From assembly GCA_050575255.1 (NCBI GenBank), contig JBNZDD010013683.1:310001-374000 (forward strand): DNA of 64,000 nucleotides, read 5' to 3'. How positions within the stretch are numbered: position 1 is the stretch's first letter; every line of letters starts with the position of its first letter. Of this stretch, positions 1 through 11,871 are shown piece after piece. The position numbers and the translations under genes are program-made. Origin of the DNA: Harriotta raleighana. Lineage: Eukaryota. Below the pieces are notes generated by a model. That model made no database searches, was not told where the DNA came from, and saw only the letters and a program-made list of their open reading frames with translations.

Positions 1-530
1 CCAGACGCCATCTCAGAGCACTTCATATAGTACTTAAGTAGCTACACTACAGTGGATTAGCACACTGTTCCTTTAAGTCTGCTCCTTAGTCTGTCCTTAG
101 TTTGTCCCGTCTATGTGCTACATACTACATTTCAGTGCCTTGGGACGTCCTCCCGATGTGAAAGACGTTCTATAAATGTAATTTTGNGTCCTTTAAGTCT
201 GCTCCTTAGTCTGTCCCTAGTTTGTCCCGTCTATGTGCTACATACTACATTTCAGTGCCTTGGGATGTCCTCCCGATGTGAAAGACGTTCTATAAATGTA
301 ATTTTGCTGTTGTTGTTGTTGTTGTACACCTTGACCTGGAGTGATTGACTATTGTACAATAGTTGACAATGACACTGGTTGCTTCCAATTGGAAAGTGCT
401 CCGACATGTAACACATGCAAGTCACTCTGGCAACTCAACAACAACAACAAAATAATTACATTTGTATAGTGCCTTTCATGTCCCAAGGCGCTGGACAGTC
501 AGCGTTTCTGATCTCTGGTTTCTTCCTCAG

Positions 531-726
531 GTTTACAAGGTCATCATCTATGGGAGTTTGTCCGAGATCTTCTCCTCTTCCCGGGGGAAAACAATGGCAT
601 CCTGAAGTGGGAAGACAGGAAGGAAGGAATCTTCAAAGTTTTAAAATCTGATTCTCTGGCAAAACTGTGGGGCCATCGAAAGAAGAATGAGCGAATGACC
701 TATGAGAAACTTAGCAGGGCATTGAG
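531..726 (+). CDS. ELF5: ELF5 (ESE-2) ETS transcription factor, penultimate coding exon (ETS domain N-part); upstream exons lie outside the window
   Basis: Acceptor ttcctcag|531 and donor 726|gtaatt. Translates as [64 protein letters not shown](R), an ETS domain with the ELF5-type [11 protein letters not shown] and [11 protein letters not shown] motifs. Missed by the ORF track. Confidence 0.9.
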
Positions 727-1537
727 GTAATTGTGCTTTGCTTCTCCGACAAATAACAACACCTTTGGTCCAGTTTAACATGGAAAAGAATAAGTGTACA
801 TCCATTGCAGTGTATCAACAGAGGATTTAAGAGATGATGGAGTGATAGGTTGAACTTCTACCTCGGATTATATATTTTACTTTATTAATGCAAAATTTCA
901 GATTGTCTAGAATATGTCAAGTTCTACAAATTGTATAGATCGTAATACGGTCTTTAAATTGTGAAGCCGGATTTCTGTAAAGTTCTTTTCAGAAGCTACA
1001 GTAAGTTGGCTTTAATGGTAAAACTGAATTCAACATGTTTCCCAAATTCTCAATTTTCTAGAACTCTGCAATGCTGTGTTAATAGATAAAATCTGGACTC
1101 AGGTGGAAATTTTCCCCCTAGGGATATCTGCATTTTTTGAGAACTGCTCATGTGCTTAATTTAATGTTACAACAATGACCCACCTTCATATGCAAAACTC
1201 TGCTGAAACTTCTTACACCTGAGATCAAAGCACCTAGAGGGATAGTGTGTGTAGACAGCGGAAGAGGAGTGTCTTTAGGTTCACGTGCCCATAGCAAACT
1301 ATAATATGATATAATTGACTTCCAAATTTTGCGTGCAAAATGTGCATAATCCTGTTAAGTGTTTTGAGATGTCTCAACGATGTGTAAGGCAGGCAAATGC
1401 AAAGATTATTATTATTATTAATTAATTAACATATTATTGGGACAGTGATAAAGAGAGATGGCTTATTGCAAGGTCACAACACATACACCAGTTCCTCTTT
1501 TGATCAAGATGTAATTTCATTGTATTTTGCTTTTCAG

Positions 1538-1622
1538 GCATTATTATAAAACTGGGATTCTGGACCGAGTCGACAGGAGGTTAATGTACAAGTTTGGAAG
1601 GAATGCTTATGGGTGGAGTTAG
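1538..1622 (+). CDS. ELF5: ELF5 last coding exon (ETS domain C-part, stop)
   Basis: Acceptor ttttcag|1538 is phase-compatible with the previous exon (AG|G = Arg). Reads [27 protein letters not shown], stop TAG 1620-1622. Confidence 0.9.
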
Positions 1623-2198
1623 AAGGCTTCCAAAGACAACTCAATTATATTTGAGTAAAGAGACATTCAGTGTGTATTGGTACCATCTTCAGACCGGACA
1701 CAAATAGGTGGCAATGGTCGAACCTACCTCGGCTACCATCATATTTTCTACTTGAAATGTTACACAGAGATGGAGTTTAACTCTATGGTTTCACTGTTAT
1801 TATGAAGCTTCTCATGAAGAATATAGGTATGAAGAACCCAAGTATTCAAAAAGTTGGTTGTGAAGAGAATTTCAGGCATCCTATTTCAAATTGTAAATAC
1901 GATCACAGATAATCTGAGCGGTCCAAATATAGCAAGTGTTAATGCCTGCTAACAAATGCAAGGATATTTCATACTTTGTTAGGTTATATTTTGGTTATTA
2001 TTATTATTATTATTATTTTCTGTTCATAACTTTCAGATTCCACAATGCCTGTCTTTACATTGTCCATGTGAGCAGAATTTACATCACTGGATGGCTGAGG
2101 ACTTCTCTCTCACATGGGTATTGCAGGAATGAACATCCTAAAATAGTAACATGTATGAATGTTATGATTTTTTTTATAAATTACTTTTATTTTTAAGC

Positions 2199-2204
2199 AA
2201 TAAA
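2199..2204 (+). terminator. Candidate ELF5 polyadenylation signal
   Basis: AATAAA about 580 nt after the ELF5 stop, in T-rich context. Confidence 0.5.
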
Positions 2205-2303
2205 AGCACTTTTTCCATCAAATATAGTCTTCATTTTCAATTGTAATTTTGAGTAGCCATCTGCAAAAACTTTTTGACATTAACTTGGAATCGCTATTCA
2301 TCT

Positions 2304-2640
2304 GGAGTCCTGTCCCCTAGTGATAAAAGCACTTGCCTCTGAAGTGAAAGGACATGGGTTTGATTCCCAGGCAGGGTGAAACATTAGGCAAGTTTTCTTT
2401 CTCTGCATGCCATTGTTCACCTATCAGTAAGTAGGAACCTGGTTGTTATTCAATTAGAGGATTGCTTTCTAGGGGTAATAATCCATTTTAAAAAATGGTC
2501 ATTCAATTTACTACAGTTTGTTCTGTGTGCAAATTAGCTGTCATGTCTGTCTAGACAAAATACAAATCTTTTGTGCAGGTATTTAAGATGTCCTCCCAGC
2601 ATGAAAGACTCAACATCAAAATGCAAGGATCTTTTTATTC
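2304..2640 (+). mobile_element. tRNA-derived SINE (Deu-domain-type, L2-like tail), diverged copy
   Basis: Head ggagtcctgt...gggtttgattcccaggcagggtgaaac...ggcaagtt matches the copies at 15967, 33922 and 58307(-); tail aaatgcaaggat. Confidence 0.7.
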
Positions 2641-3626
2641 ATCACCCATAGACCTGAACATTCTAACACTCATCACATTCAGGTGATTAATATTGTGGGA
2701 AGTAGAGGACCCAGCACAACGCTGGTGAAATGCCATTAAACTTTGTTTAGGTGTTTTTTTTAAACAAATGAAGAAGCAAATGAACCACTTTTCCTGCTAA
2801 CTTTTCCTACTTGCAGCTGGTGGTTAGCCACTGGGTACAGATATACTTCCTGGTCTTTGTCTTGCACTTCACAATCCTGAACCTGTGCCTTCTTTTCCTG
2901 TTGCTCTTGTGATTCAGACAGTATTGTTCTGGTTTTACCTATCCCAATAATCTCCCCTCCCATGCCTCTTTATTGAGGAAAGAGAGCTCCAACGCATCTA
3001 GTTGTTTCCCCAAGCGTAACCTTCTAACTCTAATGATCAGATCATCTCTGTACTGTGTCAAATTTCCTTATGATGTTGTGGCCTGAATTACAACGTACAT
3101 CAGATATGGCTTGATCAAAAAATGGCAACCAACATTCAGCATGACTTTTGGGATTTGAACTATTTTGGTGGGGGGAGGGGGGAAGGGGTTGAATGCAGGA
3201 CTTAAGTTTTTAAATGAGAAGGAACAACAGTGAGTTTCATCTAAAATAAAAAAGCTTTTAAATATTTTATGATTTCTGCAGAAATATACATGTATCAGCC
3301 ACACATTAAAGCAGTGCTTCAGTAGTTGTACACGTGTATGGGTGAAGAATTTGCTTGCAAATACAGTTCTGTAAAGTCTATTTTGTCCACAAGATGGCAG
3401 CAACTTGTAAAAATGTAACCAGTGGAGGAAATGGTGTGAGAGTTTCCAAGCAGTCATTGACAACAACTTTACCAACAATTTGTATTTATAGGGTAGCATC
3501 CCATTCGGTTAGGATCAGCAAATGAATCCTAAAATGTAAGAAACGGGGAAATAATCCATCGTTTAAATTAGGAGGAAAAAAAATAAGATTAAATGAAAAC
3601 TGTAAAGGAAAGAACTAAAGAGCGTA

Positions 3627-3750
3627 TGAATAATAACAATAATAATAACCCTTGTATTTGATACAGCGCTTTAAAGATGTCTGTAAGCCCTTCACGGAAT
3701 ATACTGTAAAGTGAATTGACGGTATATATTGAAAGGCGCTGTACAAATGC
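3627..3750 (-). mobile_element. SINE 3' fragment
   Basis: (AAT)n-cccttgtatttgatacagcgc...atactgtaaagtgaattgac matches the SINE tail at 57981-58080. Confidence 0.65.
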
Positions 3751-3899
3751 AATGTTGTTGTTGATGATGAGTAATGAAGAAATAAAACAAAGTTGAACAA
3801 GAGGCAAATTTAACTCCATTGAACAAAACCAGTAGAAAATGTTGCAGAACAGGGATTTTGCTGTCCATCTGGCCAGGCTAAGCGAGTGTCACTCACAGT

Positions 3900-4010
3900 T
3901 TGTTCTGTGGTTAAGTATATGTGTGGCTGTTAGCTTTTTCATGATAAAGAGGCAGGTCACCACATCAGCTGTCACTACAGAGACTAGAAGAACCAGACGC
4001 AGTTCCTGTT
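3900..4010 (+). promoter_or_regulatory. RAG1: Candidate RAG1 core promoter
   Basis: Dense lymphoid motif cluster just upstream of a splice donor: RUNX TGTGGTT 3906-3912 and ACCACA 3959-3964, GATA TGATAA 3942-3947, E-box CAGCTG 3966-3971, ETS-like AGTTCCTGT 4001-4009. Confidence 0.6.
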
Positions 4011-4086
4011 ATGTCAGACTTTGCTTCATGATCTGAAGCCGAGCAGATGAGCGACTACTCTGAAAAACACGCACTGCAAGAGCAAG
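3980..4086 (+). other. RAG1: Candidate RAG1 exon 1 (5' UTR; start approximate)
   Basis: Donor GAGCAAG|GTAACA at 4086/4087 would join acceptor ttttctgcctttggtag|5608. Mammalian RAG1 exon 1 also ends GAGCAAG (recalled). Confidence 0.6.
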
Positions 4087-4552
4087 GTAACAGAGACAAA
4101 GGCAATTTTATTAATCTTTCTTCAACTCCTGAATTAAATGTTATGCAGCGCGTACAGTAGAAAAATTCCAATCAATATTCGTATATCTTATTAGCTACAC
4201 GTCAATAAATTATGTGTGCCAATAGAATAGTGCACAAAATGGACTGATTGGATTTTTTTCTTCAATGTCTCTTTCGTTTTGTAATAAAATTACGTGATTT
4301 AAATCAACACAATCTACAAGAGCGCTCAGTGACAAGAATATTACGGATTGTTTATACTGGGTTAGAATAATTTTCTAACAATCTTAGACTTATTTGCAAG
4401 AGTTTGCGGTTCCACTGTAACACACTCTGGGATGTGATCTTGCATCAGGGATACTATGTTGTTGTTGTAAATACCAAAGCCAGCAACAGTCTTTTGTGAT
4501 GCATCATTTTAAAAAATGGCAGGGTCATGGACACGTCATATACAGTGCAGAT

Positions 4553-4725
4553 ATAATAATAATAATCCTTGCATTTGATATAGCACTTTTCACGTCTTCT
4601 AGACATCTCAAAGTGCTTCACAGAATGCATTGAAAAATGAATTGACTGTATATTTGTGGGCGAAACGGGACGGCCAATTGCGCACAGCAGTGTCCCACAA
4701 ACAGCCGTGGATTTAAATGAATTTA
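4553..4725 (-). mobile_element. SINE 3' half in the RAG1 intron
   Basis: (AAT)n ccttgcatttgatatagc...gcgcacagcagtgtcccacaaacag, shared with the copies at 21971, 44571 and 57981. Confidence 0.75.
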
Positions 4726-5626
4726 TTATTGTTTACAGTTACAGGTAATTTTTGGAAGAGTCGAATTCCTGTTGCTTGCTTTTAATAGAACTTGCATGAT
4801 TGTAAGGTGGAAGCAGATATATAAGACAACACAATGTTGACTGCATAGATATTATTTCAGCCTTTACATATATTAGAATAATTCTGAGTAATACAAACAA
4901 AACTGATTTGGTTTTTAATGCATGCTTTCTGAAGAATATGCTGGGCGGGGATGGGGGGGGTGGGGGGCGGTGGGAATCAAACCCGCATCTGAAAACACAA
5001 GGAAAGTAGATTTGGTGAAATCTTTGCCTTTTGTTGCTGGCTATCCTTTATATCTCACTGAAGCGATTTGTAAATGTCAGAGATTACTTCACATCAAACA
5101 CGTTGTGCTGTGCCAAGTTCAAAAGTGGTAACTGGGTAATTCCAATCACGGTACTCCTCCTACGCTCCAGTGTGTGCTAGATAAGCCCTCGATATACGAG
5201 ACAAGAGATGTGCTGTACTGGTGTCAGGAGCTAGATGGTGCAGCTGCAACAGCTAATGCTTTTCTCTTCCAAGAAACTCGTTGAAATCCTGGTCAGCGTT
5301 CGTGTGGAAAATGGCAGGCTGCTAAATACCACAATGAGTCACGGGCAAAATTATCTTCAGACAGTTGTCTATATTCAACAGCAATATATTCAGGGTGGTG
5401 GGGGGGGGGGGGGGGGAGAAAAAACACACCCTGTTTTGGTGCATTGCAGAGACAATCACAACATTTCCTGCAATTGAGGTTTGTCGAATAGAATTCCCCG
5501 AGGATTTCAGGAATGATCGAGAGCGCGTTATAATGGGTAAAACTTAAGTCTTGGACGATTGTTGTACACTCGATTTTAAACGGAGTATCTTTTTCTGCCT
5601 TTGGTAGGTGTCAATATTTGAAGCAA

Positions 5627-8600
5627 ATGGAGGCCCCGTTGTGCGATACGCCTGAAAAGGCGAGGTGCACGGAAACCGTGCCTTTCAGAAAAATCGAATG
5701 GGAAGACAAAATGTCAAAGGCAAAATGTTACCCGACGGAGCCTTTGGTTACCATGGCTGCCCATAGCATGCAGTTTAAACCTGCTCTATCTCAAACCCAG
5801 GCAATGGGAACCATACCTTTGGAGACCTTGCCTCTGGACAAGAAGACTTTGGAAGATAAGCCGCAACCCAGCAAGTTTGTTCAGAAAAGCAAACCTTTGG
5901 CGTACACCCCAGTGAATACTCAGCTCCCCGAATCCAACCAAGTGAAATCCAAAGCTTTGGAAGACCACAGATTGCATCTGCAGAACCTTTGTCGCATTTG
6001 CGGAGCTTCCTTTAACACCAGCCGATATGACGTGAAATATGCGGTCAGTGCCCCAGTGGATGAAGTCACCCAAGAGGTTCTTCGGAAAATGGGTCACGGG
6101 GATTGCTTTTGGCCGGAGCTCATCCATAACACATTCAAAGTGGACGTCGAGAGAGACACGGAGATCATCCACCCCACCCACTTCTGCCACAGCTGCTGGC
6201 GCATTGCCATTCAGATGCTCAGCAATACCACCAACGAAGACGCGTTCTTTCCCATCAATAGATTTGTGCGCTGGAAACCTCATTCCAACCACTGCGGCGT
6301 TTGCAACTCTTCAAAAGGAACTCGCAAGAGAAAGGGTCTGGGAAGAAGTCCGCAGGTCCCCAAAAAGGCAAAGGTTACCGTCGACCTGCCGATCAGACCG
6401 AAGGTCGTCAAAAGAAGAAATCACAAGAACAACACAAGCATCCTGTTGGCTAAGAAAGTGATCAGCTGCAAGAAACTCCATCTGAGTCCAAACCTCCTTG
6501 TGGATGACTATCCCCGACACTTTCTACAGTCGGTCTCGTGTCAGCTTTGTGACCATTTGCTCGCTGACCCTGTGCAATCTCCGTGCATGCACTTGTCCTG
6601 CAGAACATGCATTCTCAAATGCCTTGCAGTTCTCGGAAAGTATTGCCCGGTTTGCAGGTTTCCCTGTTGTTCGGCAGAGCTCACAAACCCTGTCAAATCT
6701 TTCTCTCACGTTCTGAATTCCCTGGTGGTAAAGTGCCCAATGGCAGACTGCAATGAGCAGATGCGATTAGTCGAATATTCCATCCATGCCCAAACCCACA
6801 AAGAGACCACGGGAAAATACGCTTATTCGCCAACAAACAAGGGAGGTCGGCCAAGGCTACACTTGTTGTCTTTAACTCGAAGAGCTCAAAAGCATCGGCT
6901 GCGAGATCTCAAGCTTCATGTCAAAGCTTTTGCCGAGAAAGAAGAGGGTGGCGACGTGAAGTCAGTTTGTCTCACTCTGTTTCTACTTGCGCTGAGAGCT
7001 GCCAACGAACATAGACAGGCAGATGAGCTAGAGGCTGTAATGCAGGGAAGAGGATCAGGGTTGCAACCTGCAGTCTGCCTTGCCATTAGAGTCAACACGT
7101 TCTTGAGTTGCAGTCAATACCACAAAATGTACAGGACGGTCAAAGCAACAACTGGGAAGCAGATCTTCCAGCCATTGCATTCGCTGCGAACTACAGAGAA
7201 AACTCTGTTACCTGGTTATTTTCCATGCGAATGGCAGCCTCCACTAGAAAATGTCTCCACTAACACTGAAGTAGGAATAATAGATGGTCTGAGTTGTTGG
7301 CCGCAGTGTATTGACGATTATCCGATGGACACAATTTCCCGACGGTTTAGGTATGACGTGGCACTTGCCGCAACCATGAAAGATCTCGAACAAGACATCT
7401 TGGAAGGTCTGAAATCTCACGGTTTGGATGAGTTTGAGAGTGGGCCGTTCACTGTTGTGGTCAAGGAGGCCTGTGATGGAATGGGAGACGTCAGCGAGAA
7501 GCACGGTTGTGGTCCAATTGTCCCGGAAAAGGCAGTGAGATATTCCTTCACAATCATGAGTGTGAGCGTCATGGGCGAAAACAATGAGAGCATCAAGGTG
7601 TTTGAAGAATTGAAGCCAAACTCTGAATTGTGCTGTAAACCCCTTTGCCTCATGCTGGCAGATGAATCTGATCATGAAACCCTGACAGCAGTGCTGGGCC
7701 CAGTCATCACCGAAAGGAAAGCCATGAAGGCAAGTCAGTTAATCCTTGAAATTGGTGACTTGCTCAGATCCTTTCAATTCATCTTCCGAGGCACAGGGTA
7801 TGATGAGAAGCTTGTACGTGAAGTGGAAGGACTCGAGGCCTCGGGTTCGGTCTATGTTTGCACGTTATGTGACTCAACCCGCAGAGAGGCATCGGAGAAT
7901 TTGACCCTCCATTCCATAACTAGGAGCCACACAGAAAACCGTGAGCGCTATGAAATTTGGCGCTCAAACCCATATCACGAGACCCCTGAAGTGCTCCGCG
8001 ATAGAGTGAAGGGTATCTCAGCCAAGCCTTTTATTGAAACTCAGCCCTCCATTGATGCCTTGCATTGTGATATTGGAAATGCAACAGAATTCTTCAAGCT
8101 CTTCCAAGACGAGATTGGGGAGCTCTACATAAAGCCCAACCCATCCAAAGAGGATAGGAAAAGGTGGCAAGTACTGCTCGATCAGCACCTGAGAAAGAAG
8201 TTGAATCTGAAGCCTATCATGAGGATGAACGGAAACTTTGCCAGAAAACTGATGACCAAAGAGACCGTAGAAGCGGTGTGTGAATTAATTCCATCTGAGG
8301 AGAGGCGAGAAATTCTCAGAGAGCTCATTTCCCTTTACGTCCTGATGAAACCAGTGTGGCGCTCCACTTTTCCTATGAAGGAGTGCCCGGACCTTGTTTG
8401 TCAATACAGCTTTCATTCCCAAAGGTTTGCAGAATTGCTCTCTACAAAGTTCAAGCACAGATATGAAGGGAAGATCACAAACTACCTGCACAAGACCTTG
8501 GCTCATGTTCCCGAGATCATCGAACGAGATGGCTCCATTGGTGCTTGGGCTAGCGAAGGAAATGAATCGGGCAACAAGCTATTCCGACGTTTTAGGAAAA

Positions 8601-8794
8601 TGAATGCTAGGCAGTCTAAAAGCTATGAGCTGGAAGATATCCTGAAGCACCACTGGCTATACACTTCCAAATACTTGCAAAGGTTCATGAATCAACACAA
8701 CACACTGAAACAATCAGAGTCTGCTTTGACACCATTTGTCAGCAGCACCCAAGATGATTCACCACCAGAGCCAGATGATTCTATTGATTTTTAA
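5627..8794 (+). CDS. RAG1: V(D)J recombination-activating protein 1, 1055 aa, single coding exon
   Basis: ATG at 5627 (the ORF-track start at 5618 is TTG). N-terminal Zn motifs LCRICG and [10 protein letters not shown]; C3HC4 RING; nonamer-binding [21 protein letters not shown]; DDE triad D617 (KEACDGMGD, 7475), D726 (GYDEK, 7802), E980 (EGNESGNK, 8564). Confidence 0.99.
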   Translation: MEAPLCDTPEKARCTETVPFRKIEWEDKMSKAKCYPTEPLVTMAAHSMQFKPALSQTQAMGTIPLETLPLDKKTLEDKPQPSKFVQKSKPLAYTPVNTQLPESNQVKSKALEDHRLHLQNLCRICGASFNTSRYDVKYAVSAPVDEVTQEVLRKMGHGDCFWPELIHNTFKVDVERDTEIIHPTHFCHSCWRIAIQMLSNTTNEDAFFPINRFVRWKPHSNHCGVCNSSKGTRKRKGLGRSPQVPKKAKVTVDLPIRPKVVKRRNHKNNTSILLAKKVISCKKLHLSPNLLVDDYPRHFLQSVSCQLCDHLLADPVQSPCMHLSCRTCILKCLAVLGKYCPVCRFPCCSAELTNPVKSFSHVLNSLVVKCPMADCNEQMRLVEYSIHAQTHKETTGKYAYSPTNKGGRPRLHLLSLTRRAQKHRLRDLKLHVKAFAEKEEGGDVKSVCLTLFLLALRAANEHRQADELEAVMQGRGSGLQPAVCLAIRVNTFLSCSQYHKMYRTVKATTGKQIFQPLHSLRTTEKTLLPGYFPCEWQPPLENVSTNTEVGIIDGLSCWPQCIDDYPMDTISRRFRYDVALAATMKDLEQDILEGLKSHGLDEFESGPFTVVVKEACDGMGDVSEKHGCGPIVPEKAVRYSFTIMSVSVMGENNESIKVFEELKPNSELCCKPLCLMLADESDHETLTAVLGPVITERKAMKASQLILEIGDLLRSFQFIFRGTGYDEKLVREVEGLEASGSVYVCTLCDSTRREASENLTLHSITRSHTENRERYEIWRSNPYHETPEVLRDRVKGISAKPFIETQPSIDALHCDIGNATEFFKLFQDEIGELYIKPNPSKEDRKRWQVLLDQHLRKKLNLKPIMRMNGNFARKLMTKETVEAVCELIPSEERREILRELISLYVLMKPVWRSTFPMKECPDLVCQYSFHSQRFAELLSTKFKHRYEGKITNYLHKTLAHVPEIIERDGSIGAWASEGNESGNKLFRRFRKMNARQSKSYELEDILKHHWLYTSKYLQRFMNQHNTLKQSESALTPFVSSTQDDSPPEPDDSIDF

Positions 8795-10828
8795 GTTCGG
8801 TCGTTGTGCTGAAATTTGTTCTGCGTATCTTTCTTTCACCACAGTTGACTGTGAATAGTCTGTGCTGTGGGCAAAAATGTTGGACTCATCATGGCCAAAC
8901 TTTTTGGGTGGAGTTGGCGTTGGTGATAAGGCCCCAATAGAGAAATTGTGGTCTGTGTTGATTGGCTCAGTGTAGAAAGGTGTTTGAGGTGATCTAGCCT
9001 TTCAAGATTGTTTGTAGCCATGTTCAGAGATGGTGAGAATATTAGGTGTGATTTAGACATCTTACTTTTAGAAGAGAAAAGGTGGTATGGCAACAGTTTG
9101 AGGAACAAGTGAATTCTATGACAGTTGAGGTGAAAGGCAGGAATACTTATAATAATCCTCACATTTGATATAGTGCCTTTCAAGTCAGAAGAACGTCTCA
9201 AAGCACTTCACAGGATATGTTGTAAAGTGCAGTGACTGTGTATATCAGGAGGTGCATTTTTTTGAATGCATAATTTGAAATGATCAAAATGAACAATGAG
9301 ACTTTGTTTATTGGGATTTTCAATATCAGTTGACTCACACCATTATTTTGATGTATTAATACTTGCTCTGTGGGCTTACCCAAACATTTGGTTTCAGTGG
9401 CTAGTGGGAGAATCCTTTAACTGTTTAGTCCTTTGCTATTTTTTGATGTGCAAAGGAAAACAGAATAGGAGTGAATGCTTACTGCAGTATTTTAAAGAAA
9501 TCTAAACTGCAGTGGGTTTGAAAATAATTTGGACGATTTGTCAGAAGGTTTTGCCGATTTATCAATGAGGTCTTTGAATCACAATTGCATCACATTCATT
9601 GGATACAACAACAACAAAAACTGGCATTTATATTTTGCCCTTCACATTGGGTAGTGTTGCTGAGCTTAAATGTTTAATTGTTTCAGAGGTGCCCCATCGG
9701 CATATTTTGTTTTATCAGCATCTCTGTGTTATGGATTGGTGGCTGTTGCATTCGAATATGAGTTGCAGTGTTTCCTTTTTTTTTATATCAATCATGATAA
9801 CTTTATGTTCATGTTACACCACTTACAACTCTCCATTTTGTAACTTTCTAAGTGACAGCAATGCACTGTTATTAATGATCAATGTGTGTTATCTGCTGCA
9901 AAGCATAATATAATATTGTATTTTGAGTGGAGAGGCAATAAAGTGATGAAAAGATTTAAAGGCTTTGACTTATGGTGAGGTTCAAAGAATAAAATAATCA
10001 AAATGCAATGATGAAACTCCTTGCATGATTTTGTACTGGGTGTTTCAATATCTGATTGTCATTGAGAACCCTGGCTCCACGTACAATTAATTGATAATTT
10101 ACTGTAGTTACTACCTACCTATTCATTGTCATACTAGATACCTGTAAAACATAAATCACGATTTAGTGTTAACATGGATTTTTTTTCATGCAGTGTCTAA
10201 TTTGGTACTTGATTTTGCTTTGTATGAAAGTAAGTATTGATATACTAAATTCCATGATGAATGTACATTGCCTCATTTATTATTGGTTTGTTTATTAACC
10301 TTTTAGTGCCAAGTGGCCAATTTCACAATCTGCTGCAATGCATCTCAGTCCTCATGAGACATTGGCAGTATGTAGTTAGCACAAAGATAAAGGAATTTTT
10401 GCAAAACTTTGTGCATTCAAGCAACATTTGTGCAAAGTAACAGACAAATTGAAACTTGTGTTACTTCATGTAAAAAAAAAAGTTTTGAAGTGCTTTTTAA
10501 CTTTTTAGGTGTTGAATAAAGGAAATCCCAAAGTGTAGCACAGAATATTTTAACACAATATACCGAGTTTAACCAGGCGAAGAATGGATTGTTTCACCTA
10601 TCTAAATGATGTATGGAAATGTAGTTTGGAGTAGATTATAACAGGAAATTGTAACCATTTTCTAAATTCACTAAAGCTATTTTATTGTGCAAAAGATTGT
10701 GCATCGATATCTATACTGGCTTTGTTTACGCATCTTTTGTTTTTTCCTGCAAAACCATTGTACGCAGCTTCTAAACTTTGCAGTCAGGAGATCACAATGA
10801 CATTTTTTGTTGTATATTGAGATATAAT

Positions 10829-11266
10829 TCAAGATCCTCATCCTCACTTTCAAGGCTATTCACGGCCTTGCCCCCGCCTATCTCGCCGACCTGCTATCTC
10901 CCTTTCAGCCTGCCTGCCCCGTCCGCTCAGTAGACGCTGGCCTGCTCCGCCTCCATCGCCCTAACTGCCCTACCATCAGTGGCCGGGCTTTCAGCCTCTG
11001 GCTCCACACGTTGGAATTCCATCCCGCAATCCCTTCACCTCACTTCCTCCCTTTCCTCCTTCAAGGCCGGTCTCAAGACCTTCCTCTTCGACCATGCCTT
11101 CGGCTCCCCTCCTAACTCTTCCCCCTCTCCTACTCTCCTTTCCCTTCCCCCTACCTGACCCTCTCCCTCCCCCCCCGGGTGGGTCCTGACCTGATTGTTC
11201 TGCGCCATGGGACATCCTCCCAATGTGAAAGACACTCTATAAGTTTAATTGTTGTTGCTGTTGTTG
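10829..11266 (+). mobile_element. L2-clade LINE 3' fragment between the RAG1 and RAG2 stop codons
   Basis: Encodes KILILTFKAIHGLAPAYLADLL, typical of the L2 ORF2 C-terminus. Carries ccttcaaggccggtctcaagaccttcctcttcgacc, the gggacatcctccaatgtgaaag tail and (TTG)n; close copy at 52168-52503. Confidence 0.85.
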
Positions 11267-11865
11267 AAATCAACCTGAAAGCATTCATTTAGTATTCACA
11301 AACAACAATCATTCTGNTTGTTGTTGCTGTTGTTTAAATCAACCTGAAAGCATTCATTTAGTATTCACAAACAACAATCATTCTGATATTGTGCTGCAAT
11401 TCTTATTAATTTTGTGAGAGCTTAAAAATTGAATTGAATCAGTTATTTCCAATATACTGTACATTATATTCTACTGGCTATTACAGTACATTAGAAGACG
11501 ATGGTATTTGTATTTACTGTTGTTGCAATTTTTATATTATGTTTCCAATGGCTACTTTTATGAAGGTTTGCCTGCCATGTAAATGTACAAAAAACTGTAA
11601 CTCAACTCTTACAACAGTGCTTTCATTTGATTTAGCGCCTTATCAAGTCATTGAGACATTTCAAAGCGCTTCACACAATGTAATGAAAAGTTGATTGACT
11701 GCAAAGCAGATCGGGTTGTAACAATTGTTTGTGTTTAGGCATAAAAATGAATTTCAATTGGAAAGTATCCTATTTGATTAAATATGTTAATTGGTCTGCA
11801 TTTTTGGTAATTCTGTTTATTGCTTATGAATTTAGTCAACTCTTTTGATGTATTTATTTTAAAAA

Positions 11866-11871
11866 AATAAA
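11866..11871 (+). terminator. Candidate distal RAG1 polyA signal (alternatives near 9937, 9988 and 10516)
   Basis: AATAAA with upstream TGTA (11849) and a downstream T/GT-rich tract, about 3.1 kb after the stop. Confidence 0.35.

Noticed and set aside
69-306. Tandem repeat or CRISPR-like array
   Set aside because: Two copies around an N in eukaryotic DNA, best explained as an assembly overlap of an L2 tail.
5618-5626. ORF-track RAG1 start at 5618
   Set aside because: The codon is TTG. The first ATG is at 5627, in good context (CAAATGG), just after the acceptor.
5786-8603. Overlapping and antisense ORFs within RAG1 (likewise within RAG2)
   Set aside because: Shadow frames of coding sequence with no recognisable motifs.
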